IMG/VR virus record: IMGVR_UViG_3300032295_003128
Span: 1-64,000 of that record
Strand: one strand, 5' to 3'
Source of the DNA: a virus
Taxonomy: Duplodnaviria > Caudoviricetes
Length of the DNA stretch: 64,000 nucleotides
This document shows positions 8,050 through 16,073 of this stretch, in pieces. The number at the start of each line of letters is the position of its first letter. The first letter of the stretch is position 1. The notes beneath the pieces are model-generated. The model saw only the letters and a list, made by a program, of their open reading frames with translations. It was not told the origin of the DNA and ran no database searches. A program made the position numbers and the translations under genes.

Positions 8050-9399
8050 ATGTCCGATAAACATTCCGATTCGATTAACATCGACAACCTCCCGTGGCCG
8101 GCCGCTCGCGCCTTGGCGAAACAGCAGCTCGGCATCAAGGGCGAGTGGGTCTCCCACTGCACCCTGCCCCGCCTCAAAGCCATGCTCAAGGGCGAGATGA
8201 CTATCGCCGACGCGCAAGCCGCTTCCCTCGCTGACCAAGCGAAGAAAGCGGGCCTCTCGCTCGGCGGCGGCATCGACGCCACTGCGCTCAAGCCGCTTGA
8301 AGCCAAGCTCACCGAGCTGGCAGGTATCATATCGTCGCTCGACGACGAGGTGACTACGGCCAAGTCCGAAGCGGCCAAGCTCGTCGGCGACTTGCACACG
8401 GAGATGTCCGATCGGCTCACCGAGTCGCACGATGCCTTCACCAAGCTGCAAGATGCCGTCACCTCGGCGCTCGCCAGCGGCGGTTCGGCTGCGGCCAAGG
8501 TCATCGCTCCGATCCTCGGGGTGCCGACGCCTTCCTCGTCTGACCCCGTGGTCATGGCGCTGGAGATGTTCTGCGCTCCAGGCCGTGCGATCAAGCCGCT
8601 GCTCGTCAAGGGCGGCCAAGGCGCGGGCAAGACCTACGCTGCGCGTCAGCACGGCATGACCGCCGGCTTTGACCGCTGCGTGGAGTTCGGTGTCCACTCC
8701 CAGACCGAGGCCGTGGACTTCCTCGGTATGATGATGCCGAGCGGCGAGTGGCTCGACGGCCCGTTGACCGAGGCGTTCCGCGCTTCGGCTCTGGGACAGC
8801 TCGTCTTGCTTATCATTGACGAGATCTATCGTGGTCAGAACGGCGCTCGCACCCCGCTCCTGACCGCCACGTCTCCGGCCACGCTGCCCAGCGGCGAGCG
8901 GGTCTATCGTCTCCGCACGGGTCGCGCCATCGTCGATCCAGTGACCGGCGTTCACACCTCCGAGATCATCGAGGCTCCTTGCCAGAACCTCGCCATCGTT
9001 GCCACGACCAACGTCGGGGCCGAGTTCAACGTCGATCCGGGCTGCCCCGCCGAGCGCGAGCGGTTCATCCCTATCCACGTCGAGGTTGACGAGGCCAAGA
9101 TCCGCGCTGTCTGCGGCGCTATCGCCACGGCCAAGGGCTACAGCTCCTCCGTGGTTGACCGCACACTCGCCTTCTACCGCGAGTGCAACGTCCTCAAGAC
9201 GGACGGGTTCATCGAACTCTGCCCGTCCACCCGCATCCTCTCCGAGGCGATCCAATACGCCGACAGCGAGGCCAACGTGAAGTCGATGCTGCGCGAACTC
9301 GGATTGCACATCTGGGTCGGCACCACCATCGAAGGCAAGCCCGAGGAAGAGCAAGTCAAGCGCGTCACCACCGCACTCGACAAGGCCTTCGGGAAATAA
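8050..9399 (+). CDS. MoxR/CbbQ-type AAA+ ATPase with N-terminal coiled-coil extension
   Basis: Walker A GGQGAGKT, W.DGPL, Walker B LIIDE, sensor I ATTN, Arg finger ERF. Confidence 0.9.
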   Translation: MSDKHSDSINIDNLPWPAARALAKQQLGIKGEWVSHCTLPRLKAMLKGEMTIADAQAASLADQAKKAGLSLGGGIDATALKPLEAKLTELAGIISSLDDEVTTAKSEAAKLVGDLHTEMSDRLTESHDAFTKLQDAVTSALASGGSAAAKVIAPILGVPTPSSSDPVVMALEMFCAPGRAIKPLLVKGGQGAGKTYAARQHGMTAGFDRCVEFGVHSQTEAVDFLGMMMPSGEWLDGPLTEAFRASALGQLVLLIIDEIYRGQNGARTPLLTATSPATLPSGERVYRLRTGRAIVDPVTGVHTSEIIEAPCQNLAIVATTNVGAEFNVDPGCPAERERFIPIHVEVDEAKIRAVCGAIATAKGYSSSVVDRTLAFYRECNVLKTDGFIELCPSTRILSEAIQYADSEANVKSMLRELGLHIWVGTTIEGKPEEEQVKRVTTALDKAFGK

Positions 9400-9462
9400 C
9401 CTGACCACCTAACGCGTAACCGCCCTTTCCAATCTGGGAGGGGGCGGCCGCACCAAAACACC

Positions 9463-9897
9463 ATGTTTAATTCAAGCGGATTCATCGAGGGTATCAAATC
9501 CCTCTACAATCAGGGCGTTCGTAAGATCGTCACTGATTTCAGCGGCGGAGGCGACTCCGGCGATATCAACTACATTGCGTTCTATAGCGCGGGCGGTTCG
9601 GAAAAGCTAACCGTCGAAGAGCCACTCGACTGGCGGGATGAGATGCACAACATCATCACCAGCGAGGTTCATTGCGACTGGTATAACAACGAGGGAGGCG
9701 GCGGTTCGATCGTCATCAATCTCGAAGTCAACCCGCCGACCATCGAGGTCAACTCGTATTGGAACGAGACTGTCTGCCGCGACGAGCCGACTGTGACTGA
9801 CACGCTGGATCCGACGCTCGTGCTGCCGAAGCCGGCCGTCCCAGAACACGCGGCTGTCCGCGCTGCCAAGAAGCTGCCGAAACGGGGGGCTTCGTAA
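9463..9897 (+). CDS. DUF6878-like protein
   Basis: FSGGGDSGDI...WYNNEGGGG motif (family recalled from memory). Confidence 0.7.
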   Translation: MFNSSGFIEGIKSLYNQGVRKIVTDFSGGGDSGDINYIAFYSAGGSEKLTVEEPLDWRDEMHNIITSEVHCDWYNNEGGGGSIVINLEVNPPTIEVNSYWNETVCRDEPTVTDTLDPTLVLPKPAVPEHAAVRAAKKLPKRGAS

Positions 9898-10305
9898 ATG
9901 CACCCTTACCATCACGCGCTCTCCAGCGCCAAAAGGTTCGGAGGCCAGCCCGAGGACTACCTCGCGATCCATCACTGGTTCGACGAGTCGAAGGAACAGT
10001 TCGCCAACTTCCGCCATCGTGCGCTGCGTCATCACGCGCAGGGCATCTACGAGTGTGAGCGCAAGTTCGGCATCACCATGACCAACTCGGACGGGCGCAC
10101 GTTGCCTGTTCGTTACATCGGCGAGCAGCACGTCAACGAGGACATCGGGTTCATCCCGTCCCTCCAAGACTGGCTCTCCGCCATCGTCCCAGAGCCGTGG
10201 ATGCGGAGTCGCCCCCATGGCGTGGACAAGAACACCGAGGACGAGGCCGTCAATCGACGGACTGTCCGCAAAACCAACACAACCAAGAAGGAGATCAAAC
10301 TATGA
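9898..10305 (+). CDS. DUF6915-like His-rich protein
   Basis: HPYHHALSS..FGG..EDYLAIHHWFDESK...RHRALRHH..G...GEQHV.ED.G.IPS..DW (family recalled from memory). Confidence 0.8.
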   Translation: MHPYHHALSSAKRFGGQPEDYLAIHHWFDESKEQFANFRHRALRHHAQGIYECERKFGITMTNSDGRTLPVRYIGEQHVNEDIGFIPSLQDWLSAIVPEPWMRSRPHGVDKNTEDEAVNRRTVRKTNTTKKEIKL

Positions 10306-10568
10306 GATTAGTGAAATTCACCCAAGTTCACGCCGACACCGGCACCGAGGGACTGATCTATGTCAACCCAGAGCAGGTCGCCCGCGTCATTCCCAAGACT
10401 TCCGTTTTGGAGAACGTGTCAAAACCCAAAGCTGTCAGCGCAAACACCCGCATCTCAATCGCCAGCACGGCGCAGGGAGTTGCGTTCTGGGTCAAGGAGA
10501 CGCCCGACGAAGTCGTCGCTGCGTTGACTGGCTCATCCGTTGCCGTCCGGTTGGCGGCGAAATTCTAA
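10302..10568 (+). CDS. FlbD/SwrD-like small protein (88 aa)
   Basis: IYVNPEQV...TRI...VKETPDEVVAAL pattern; AAGGAG SD; ATGA overlap. Confidence 0.55.
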   Translation: MRLVKFTQVHADTGTEGLIYVNPEQVARVIPKTSVLENVSKPKAVSANTRISIASTAQGVAFWVKETPDEVVAALTGSSVAVRLAAKF

Positions 10569-10585
10569 CCAGAAAGGAAAACATC

Positions 10586-10819
10586 ATGTTACAGATCATA
10601 CAACGTCCCCTCCCCACCGGAGGGATTGAAACCGAATACCTCGCAGTCCCCTCGCCCGAGGAGATTGCTGCCGAGGTCGAACGCATCGAGTTCGAGCGCA
10701 ACTCGTGGGCGCGCAAACGCTACGCAGCGTTCGCCAACTACGATGTGGACACGCTTACGTTCGACGATGAACCCGGCCACATTGTCCCAGACCATGAACC
10801 CGTGGAGGAATTCCTATGA
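10586..10819 (+). CDS. hypothetical acidic protein
   Basis: AAGGA SD, ATG at 10586. Confidence 0.65.
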   Translation: MLQIIQRPLPTGGIETEYLAVPSPEEIAAEVERIEFERNSWARKRYAAFANYDVDTLTFDDEPGHIVPDHEPVEEFL

Positions 10820-10986
10820 AAACTGATCCACACATCCTCGAAGCGGCGGCGCACTTCAATAGCCACCACGACTACAGCCTCGATGCGATCCTGGCTTTTG
10901 TGTCCGTGGCCCTGCGTCACGCGCACCAAGTCCAACTGGCTCGCGTCAAAGAAGAAAACCCGCAACTGGAGCTTCCCATCGAATAA
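10816..10986 (+). CDS. hypothetical protein (56 aa)
   Basis: GGAGG SD and ATGA overlap; below the ORF-track cutoff. Confidence 0.55.
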   Translation: MKTDPHILEAAAHFNSHHDYSLDAILAFVSVALRHAHQVQLARVKEENPQLELPIE

Positions 10987-10987
10987 C

Positions 10988-11299
10988 ATGAGCATCATGG
11001 ACATCATGGAAGACATCAAACAGAACGTCGATTCGCTGCTCGTAGACCGGCAGTCCAAGCGAGTTCTGGCGATGCACGACCTCTCTCGCAGGGAGCCGAG
11101 CTACGAGCGCGGCTGTTTTGGCAAGGCCGATCTCGGACGTAGCTACGTCCGGCAAGCCGACCGAATCAGCCGTAAACGTCATAAACACTACGGCGTCTAC
11201 CGCTGTCCGCATTGCGGCGGCACTCACCTGACAACCAAACTGGAGAATCGGGGGCAATACGCACCGCTTCTCTACATCACAAAAACGAAAGGAAACTAA
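10988..11299 (+). CDS. zinc-finger-like phage protein
   Basis: C..K...YRCPHCGGTHLTT motif. Confidence 0.65.
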   Translation: MSIMDIMEDIKQNVDSLLVDRQSKRVLAMHDLSRREPSYERGCFGKADLGRSYVRQADRISRKRHKHYGVYRCPHCGGTHLTTKLENRGQYAPLLYITKTKGN

Positions 11300-11303
11300 A
11301 ATC

Positions 11304-11516
11304 ATGATTGAAATCGATACCGAGTCCACCCTCTACGTCTGCACCGATGGGACAAACGCCGAGGTTCACATCCTTGCTCCCAACGGCAAGGCATACACCC
11401 ACACCGAGCATCTCCGCATCGACGACCCTGACCCGTATGGGCCTCACGGCACAGACGCGGCGGTCTTCAAGCTCCTATGCGAGACCGATATGGAACACCA
11501 CACGTTCGACATTTAA
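11304..11516 (+). CDS. hypothetical protein (70 aa)
   Basis: AAGGA SD; tight packing. Confidence 0.6.
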   Translation: MIEIDTESTLYVCTDGTNAEVHILAPNGKAYTHTEHLRIDDPDPYGPHGTDAAVFKLLCETDMEHHTFDI

Positions 11517-11548
11517 CCACCAACAGTTCTTGTTACCGGAGGAAACGC

Positions 11549-11689
11549 ATGAAAATTAAAATCCCTAAATCCCTGATCCAAGAAATCACTGATGTCGTCG
11601 ACGGAGGATTAGACCTGCCCGCGACCCCCGAAGAGTGGGGCGACTTGGTCGAAGAACTCCTGCGGCGTGAATTTGACATTATCTACTAA
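11549..11689 (+). CDS. small hypothetical protein (46 aa)
   Basis: GGAGG SD, ATG at 11549. Confidence 0.55.
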   Translation: MKIKIPKSLIQEITDVVDGGLDLPATPEEWGDLVEELLRREFDIIY

Positions 11690-11734
11690 CCATGAGCTAC
11701 GAATTCCACACCGAAGAAAACGAAAGGAACTACC

Positions 11735-11986
11735 ATGAGTAACTACGAAACACTCAAAGAAGTAATCGGAAGGTATCACGATGACGCGCAAAAAAAGCTC
11801 ATCGACAACAACAACGAGATCGAAATCTTGCGAAAGAAATTGGCTGACCGCCACAACAGATACCAAGTTGACCCCAACGAAATGTTGGCTGCGGCAGACG
11901 AACGCTACAAGTTGGAGATCCGCGCCGAGTATTATCGAGGCATCGCCGACTTCGCCCGCGTGTTAATCCGGAAAGCCCGAGACTAA
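11735..11986 (+). CDS. coiled-coil hypothetical protein
   Basis: AAGGA SD; TAATG coupling to the glycosylase. Confidence 0.7.
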   Translation: MSNYETLKEVIGRYHDDAQKKLIDNNNEIEILRKKLADRHNRYQVDPNEMLAAADERYKLEIRAEYYRGIADFARVLIRKARD

Positions 11987-12402
11987 TGCAAACATTCCTT
12001 CCCTACTCATCATTCGTTGAGTCGGCCGGGGCGCTGGACAACCGGCGCCTTGGCAAGCAACGAGTGGAAACCATGCAAATCCTCAACGCCCTATCACGCG
12101 CTGACTACGGCTGGCAGAACCATCCGGCGGTCAAAATGTGGCGGGGCCACGAGCATCAGCTCATCATCTATGGGCTGGCGATTTGCCTCGAATGGCGGAA
12201 GCGCGGCTTCAAGGACACTTGTTTCGACAAGATCGAGCTGTTCTTGACGCTGTATCCGCACAACACCGCAAAGTTCGATTGGGTCACGGACGACCTGTGT
12301 CGCTCGCACCAGTCGAATCTCAAACGCAAGGATCCCGCTCACTACGGGCCGCTGTGGCCCGATGTTCCTGACAATCTGCCCTATGTCTGGCCGATTGTTT
12401 GA
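11986..12402 (+). CDS. pyrimidine dimer DNA glycosylase / endonuclease V family (MSMEG_6728-like)
   Basis: MQTFLPY...LD.RRLGKQRVE..QI...GW.NHPAVKMWRG...SHQSNL.RKDP.HY...LPYVWP. Confidence 0.9.
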   Translation: MQTFLPYSSFVESAGALDNRRLGKQRVETMQILNALSRADYGWQNHPAVKMWRGHEHQLIIYGLAICLEWRKRGFKDTCFDKIELFLTLYPHNTAKFDWVTDDLCRSHQSNLKRKDPAHYGPLWPDVPDNLPYVWPIV

Positions 12403-12420
12403 ACGGGTTACTAACCTTGC

Positions 12421-12747
12421 ATGTCTACAACCTCAATGGAGAAACAAACCATGAAATATCGTGAACACAACGGCCCTCTGCTGGCCCCCGAGAACTACAT
12501 CCACCTCTGGAAAGCAGCGTCCAAACCCAAAGCGGAACCCAAGGCCTACGTCTGCCGTGACCTGTGGCGCCGCCTCACTACTGCCCTGCTGGCCGGAGCC
12601 AAGCTCCTGATGCTCGCAGCATGTAGCCCGAAGCCTGAACCCCTCGCCCTCGATCCGCTGGATCTGGCTTGGGTTCAGCCCGAATCGGCCCGCGCTGAAC
12701 GGGCCAAGACCCTTCCCAGAGTGGAAGGCAATCCGTTTCAACTCTAA
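12421..12747 (+). CDS. hypothetical protein with an internal hydrophobic segment ending LAAC
   Basis: ORF track; start may be 12451. Confidence 0.5.
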   Translation: MSTTSMEKQTMKYREHNGPLLAPENYIHLWKAASKPKAEPKAYVCRDLWRRLTTALLAGAKLLMLAACSPKPEPLALDPLDLAWVQPESARAERAKTLPRVEGNPFQL

Positions 12748-12762
12748 CCCACTAATACTGAT

Positions 12763-12993
12763 ATGTTTCCTTGTGAACGATTCCCAGTAACACCCACCCC
12801 GAAAGCTACTTCCGGGGCGTTTATCAACAAGGCGGCTTGCCGCAAATACATCATGGACTTTGCCGCCAAGTCCCGACACCACACGTTTACTCGTATAGAC
12901 CCAGCCATTTACGACGAGTTGAACGGCGTCTTGCGCCGCCACATGGCGACGATTGTCACCCGGAATCCCAGCTTTGGGAAGACCCTGCGATAA
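12763..12993 (+). CDS. hypothetical protein (76 aa)
   Basis: Compact ORF in the operon direction. Confidence 0.6.
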   Translation: MFPCERFPVTPTPKATSGAFINKAACRKYIMDFAAKSRHHTFTRIDPAIYDELNGVLRRHMATIVTRNPSFGKTLR

Positions 12994-13084
12994 CCAATTA
13001 GGGATTGCGGCGGAGTGGTTTCTTCTCTGGTTAGTATCATCCCCTGTCCAGTAACCGCATAAAAGCTGGACACTTTTCATAACC

Positions 13085-13477
13085 GTGCTACCTTCCCACC
13101 TCATGCAAGTGACGGCAACCGAGCGCACCTTCGGCCTGAAGGTCAGGGTCAAAGTCGGGGGCGATGCGCTCTCGGCTTGGCGCTCGGCGACCAAGTTCAC
13201 CGACACCTTGTCCACCGACGGGGACGACGACGACTCCGATGCCGGCTGGGCGCTATCCAACGCCAACCGGGCCTACATCTGGCTCAAGTCATGGCCCGAG
13301 TCGCGCAAGAAAGGGAACAGCAAGACCCTGACCCACGAGTGCGTCCATGTCGCCATGAGCTTCCTGCGGGACCATGTCCGCGAGGACATCCGTAAAGCCG
13401 AGGAGACATGCTGCTACCTAGTGCAGCACTTGGTCGATGAAATCGAACACAAACTTAACCACCGAAAAAAACAATGA
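13085..13477 (+). CDS. small HExxH zincin-like protein
   Basis: LTHECVHVAM...EETCCY; start may be 13103. Confidence 0.65.
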   Translation: MLPSHLMQVTATERTFGLKVRVKVGGDALSAWRSATKFTDTLSTDGDDDDSDAGWALSNANRAYIWLKSWPESRKKGNSKTLTHECVHVAMSFLRDHVREDIRKAEETCCYLVQHLVDEIEHKLNHRKKQ

Positions 13478-13743
13478 ACAAAGAAACTTTATGGGGGCTT
13501 CTAATCCAGAACAACCCCCGCCTTACCGACGATCCTCATCTGACACCCGAGAGCGCACGGCGCTTTTTCGACATGGTTTGGAACACGGCCTACGGAGCCG
13601 GATGCAAGGACATGATCGATCGCCAGCATGAGATTGCGGAGAACAGCGACGAACCCACTCAGCAAGATTTTATCAAGTTCCTTGTGGACGCACTTGAACG
13701 ACTTACCGATGAAAGCCCGAATCCGAAAAAAAAGAAACACTGA
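13474..13743 (+). CDS. hypothetical protein (89 aa)
   Basis: ATGA overlap with the upstream gene. Confidence 0.65.
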   Translation: MNKETLWGLLIQNNPRLTDDPHLTPESARRFFDMVWNTAYGAGCKDMIDRQHEIAENSDEPTQQDFIKFLVDALERLTDESPNPKKKKH

Positions 13744-13936
13744 CCCCGCTCAGAGCGACGGCGAAATAGCGTGGCGGAAGCGTTACATCGAGCTTTATGA
13801 CCAGCAGTGCAACGCCTACGACGCGCACCGCTTGTGCCTTGAGGCTATCGACGCAAATGAATCCGAACGCGCTGCCGAGCTGCTTGAAGGGTTGGTCGCC
13901 GCTCACGAAGAAGAGGTTCGGCAATTGGTCAAATGA
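13709..13936 (+). CDS. hypothetical protein
   Basis: Helical acidic ORF; start uncertain. Confidence 0.45.
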   Translation: MKARIRKKRNTDPAQSDGEIAWRKRYIELYDQQCNAYDAHRLCLEAIDANESERAAELLEGLVAAHEEEVRQLVK

Positions 13937-13972
13937 AACGCACTAAACTGCTAATTATAGATAAGTTGTTAC

Positions 13973-14239
13973 ATGGCTACTTATAAAGGCAAACAAGTCT
14001 CGCTGTATAAGCCCCGCAAAATGAAGGGGATTACCCCGGCTGGTAAAAAGAAATCTGTCTTCGTCCCCGGGAAAAAAGAGGGAACGGCAAAAGTCGTTCA
14101 CTTTGGGGACTCCTCGATGTCGGACTACACGCAGCACCGAGACAAGAAGCGCCGCGCCAACTTCCATTCGCGGCACAACTGCGCCGACAAAAAGGACAAG
14201 ACCAAGGCGGGATATTGGGCCTGTAAGAATTTATGGTGA
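13973..14239 (+). CDS. small basic phage protein (DUF5754-like)
   Basis: KKKSVFV...VHFGD..MSDY..H.DK.RR.NF.SRHNC...AGYWAC..LW. Confidence 0.75.
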   Translation: MATYKGKQVSLYKPRKMKGITPAGKKKSVFVPGKKEGTAKVVHFGDSSMSDYTQHRDKKRRANFHSRHNCADKKDKTKAGYWACKNLW

Positions 14240-14412
14240 GCTACCCCGATTGGATTTGCTCCGATTGCGGACGCAAGCATGGCAAGCGGCCCGAGGGGAA
14301 TCCCTACGGCGCGACCTATCACGAAGACACCTGCGGCGTTTGCGGCGAGGTGACCGAAGTGACCGAACCAAGAGACTACGGACATTTGAAAGATGGCTGG
14401 GATAAAAATTAA
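14236..14412 (+). CDS. zinc-ribbon protein (58 aa)
   Basis: WICSDCG...TYH..TCGVCG...VTEPRDYG; GTGA overlap; not in the ORF track. Confidence 0.7.
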   Translation: MSYPDWICSDCGRKHGKRPEGNPYGATYHEDTCGVCGEVTEVTEPRDYGHLKDGWDKN

Positions 14413-14896
14413 AGCTGACTGGTCGGCCATTCGGCTCGGCTACTTGCAGGGCGAAACCTTTCGGGTTTTGTCCCAGACCTATGGCGTCAAAGAGGCGACC
14501 TTGCGGAGTCGGGCGTCCCGCGAAAAGTGGCACGTCCCGCCCAAGCGCGTCCTCACCACGCCCGAGGACAATGCCCTGTCCCTCCAGCGCGCCCACGAAC
14601 TGTGGCAACAGCGCAAAGAGCGGGTCAAGGAGTCGGAATACAAGATCGCCGAGCGCATCTTGGCCCACGCCGAGACGATGCCGGAGGATCAACTCATCAA
14701 CAAGGCGGACAAGATCAAGATCGGGGTCGATATCGGCCGGCGGTCCGTCGGCATGGACGTCGAACAGAAGGACGTCAACGCGGTGAACATCGCCATTCTG
14801 GGAGACGTGGATGCCGAGTCTCTCAAGGCCATGAGCTACGACGCTCCGGCGGGGCCGATGCCGCTCCCAGAGCCAGATCTGAACCAAGAACCATGA
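14393..14896 (+). CDS. terminase small subunit-like HTH protein
   Basis: DWSAIRLGYLQG.TFR.LS..YGV...TLRSRASREKW N-terminal HTH followed by helical segments. Confidence 0.6.
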   Translation: MAGIKIKADWSAIRLGYLQGETFRVLSQTYGVKEATLRSRASREKWHVPPKRVLTTPEDNALSLQRAHELWQQRKERVKESEYKIAERILAHAETMPEDQLINKADKIKIGVDIGRRSVGMDVEQKDVNAVNIAILGDVDAESLKAMSYDAPAGPMPLPEPDLNQEP

Positions 14897-15048
14897 AGCT
14901 CGTTCCGCTGCTGATTACGACCGTCTGCTATTTGCTCACGGCCTGGGGATTTTATAAGGACGCCCAGATGGGCCTCTGTTGGGCCTTCCTCGGATATTCA
15001 ATCGCAAATCTGGGATTTATCTACATCTGCATCTGGGGCAGCCCTTAA
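14893..15048 (+). CDS. small two-TM membrane protein (51 aa)
   Basis: Hydrophobic; GYSIANLG motif; ATGA overlap. Confidence 0.65.
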   Translation: MKLVPLLITTVCYLLTAWGFYKDAQMGLCWAFLGYSIANLGFIYICIWGSP

Positions 15049-15053
15049 ACTTT

Positions 15054-15377
15054 ATGTCTGAAAACAACACCGAAACCACTGAAATCGCCAGCATCGAGAA
15101 GACGGAATATATTACGTCGCATCTGATGACGCTGGTGGGAAACTACCTCGCCAAGAAAGACCGCTCCGAGTTCGCCGAGTCCGACGAATTGTTGGCTTCG
15201 CTCTTCTCGCAACAAGCCATCTTGCTCATGGCCGTCAACGCGGTCCCGCACGATGTCCGTAAGGTTCTGGGAGAGGCCATCGACGCAGAAGTCGTAAAAC
15301 TTGGCGAAGTTCCTGAAGCGCCCAAGCCGAAGGAAGCGCCATCGAATCTGATCGTCCCAGACCGATTCGAGTCGTGA
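15054..15377 (+). CDS. hypothetical protein (107 aa)
   Basis: Last rightward ORF before the convergence point. Confidence 0.65.
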   Translation: MSENNTETTEIASIEKTEYITSHLMTLVGNYLAKKDRSEFAESDELLASLFSQQAILLMAVNAVPHDVRKVLGEAIDAEVVKLGEVPEAPKPKEAPSNLIVPDRFES

Positions 15378-15398
15378 GCGAGGGCTTTTCTGCGCTGC

Positions 15399-16073
15399 TT
15401 ATCCTTCTTGGGACGCTGGCGTTTCTGGCTGCTGTTGCGAGCTACCAGAAGTATTGAGCCAGCACCAAGAGGGAAAGCGGTAACCTTCGCTGGCTTTCTC
15501 GGCCACGTCTTGGGGCAGCCACACCTTTGCCCTGAGGTTGCAGCCGCACACGCCGCAGTTGGCAAGGCTGGCGTCCCGCACTGTCTGGCGCGCTCCGATG
15601 ATCGAGAAGATCGTCGAGGCCAGATTGGTGCAGACGAAGCATCCACTCATCCCCACGTTCAGGGGACAGGACGCGCAGGTGATTGCTCGTCGATTGGCGG
15701 TCTCTTCGTCTACCAATCCTTTCTCTCCCAGAGCGGCGCGGACCGCCCCCAGAAAGCGCATGACGTCGTCGATGTTGAATTCCTTTTTTAACCCGACATC
15801 GCTGAGCAATTCACTTGCCTCAGAGTCGCGAGCTGCGAGTTCCTCTTCGGACAGAAGCGGCTGGCATCGTCCCAGATCTTGCTTGGCGCAGGTGAAGTTC
15901 TCGATGTCCTGGCGCGGGTTGCCGGCGGGCAAATTGTTCGCCGCCCGGTGATCACTCACCTGCCCCACGACGAGGTCGAGGATGTTGTTCTGGAACCGGC
16001 ACTCGGTCTCCGGCTGGATGTATTGCCACCCCCCTCTGGGAAGAAGCGATGCGTCGTTCCATGCGTAGTTCAT
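15399..16073 (-). CDS. Cys-rich (zinc-binding-like) protein, last gene of the virion block
   Basis: CASCPLN, CFVC, CGVCGC and CW motifs; ATGA overlap with the giant gene. Confidence 0.8.
   Translation of the reverse strand: MNYAWNDASLLPRGGWQYIQPETECRFQNNILDLVVGQVSDHRAANNLPAGNPRQDIENFTCAKQDLGRCQPLLSEEELAARDSEASELLSDVGLKKEFNIDDVMRFLGAVRAALGEKGLVDEETANRRAITCASCPLNVGMSGCFVCTNLASTIFSIIGARQTVRDASLANCGVCGCNLRAKVWLPQDVAEKASEGYRFPSWCWLNTSGSSQQQPETPASQEG

Larger units (their letters stand above)
3526..9452 (+). other. family B: five intergenic extended hairpins with conserved core CCYYTYCC..TYTGGGAGGG
   Basis: Cores at 3534-3558, 4251-4276, 6117-6143, 7904-7930 and 9420-9447; compensatory changes in the stems; outer stems e.g. 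TGAGGCT/AGCCTCA, GGGAGGA/TCCTCCC, GGGAGAC/GTCTCTC. Confidence 0.8.

Noticed and set aside
8002-9408. 468-aa minus-strand ORF
   Set aside because: Antisense shadow of the AAA+ gene, expected from GC-rich codon bias; no motifs.
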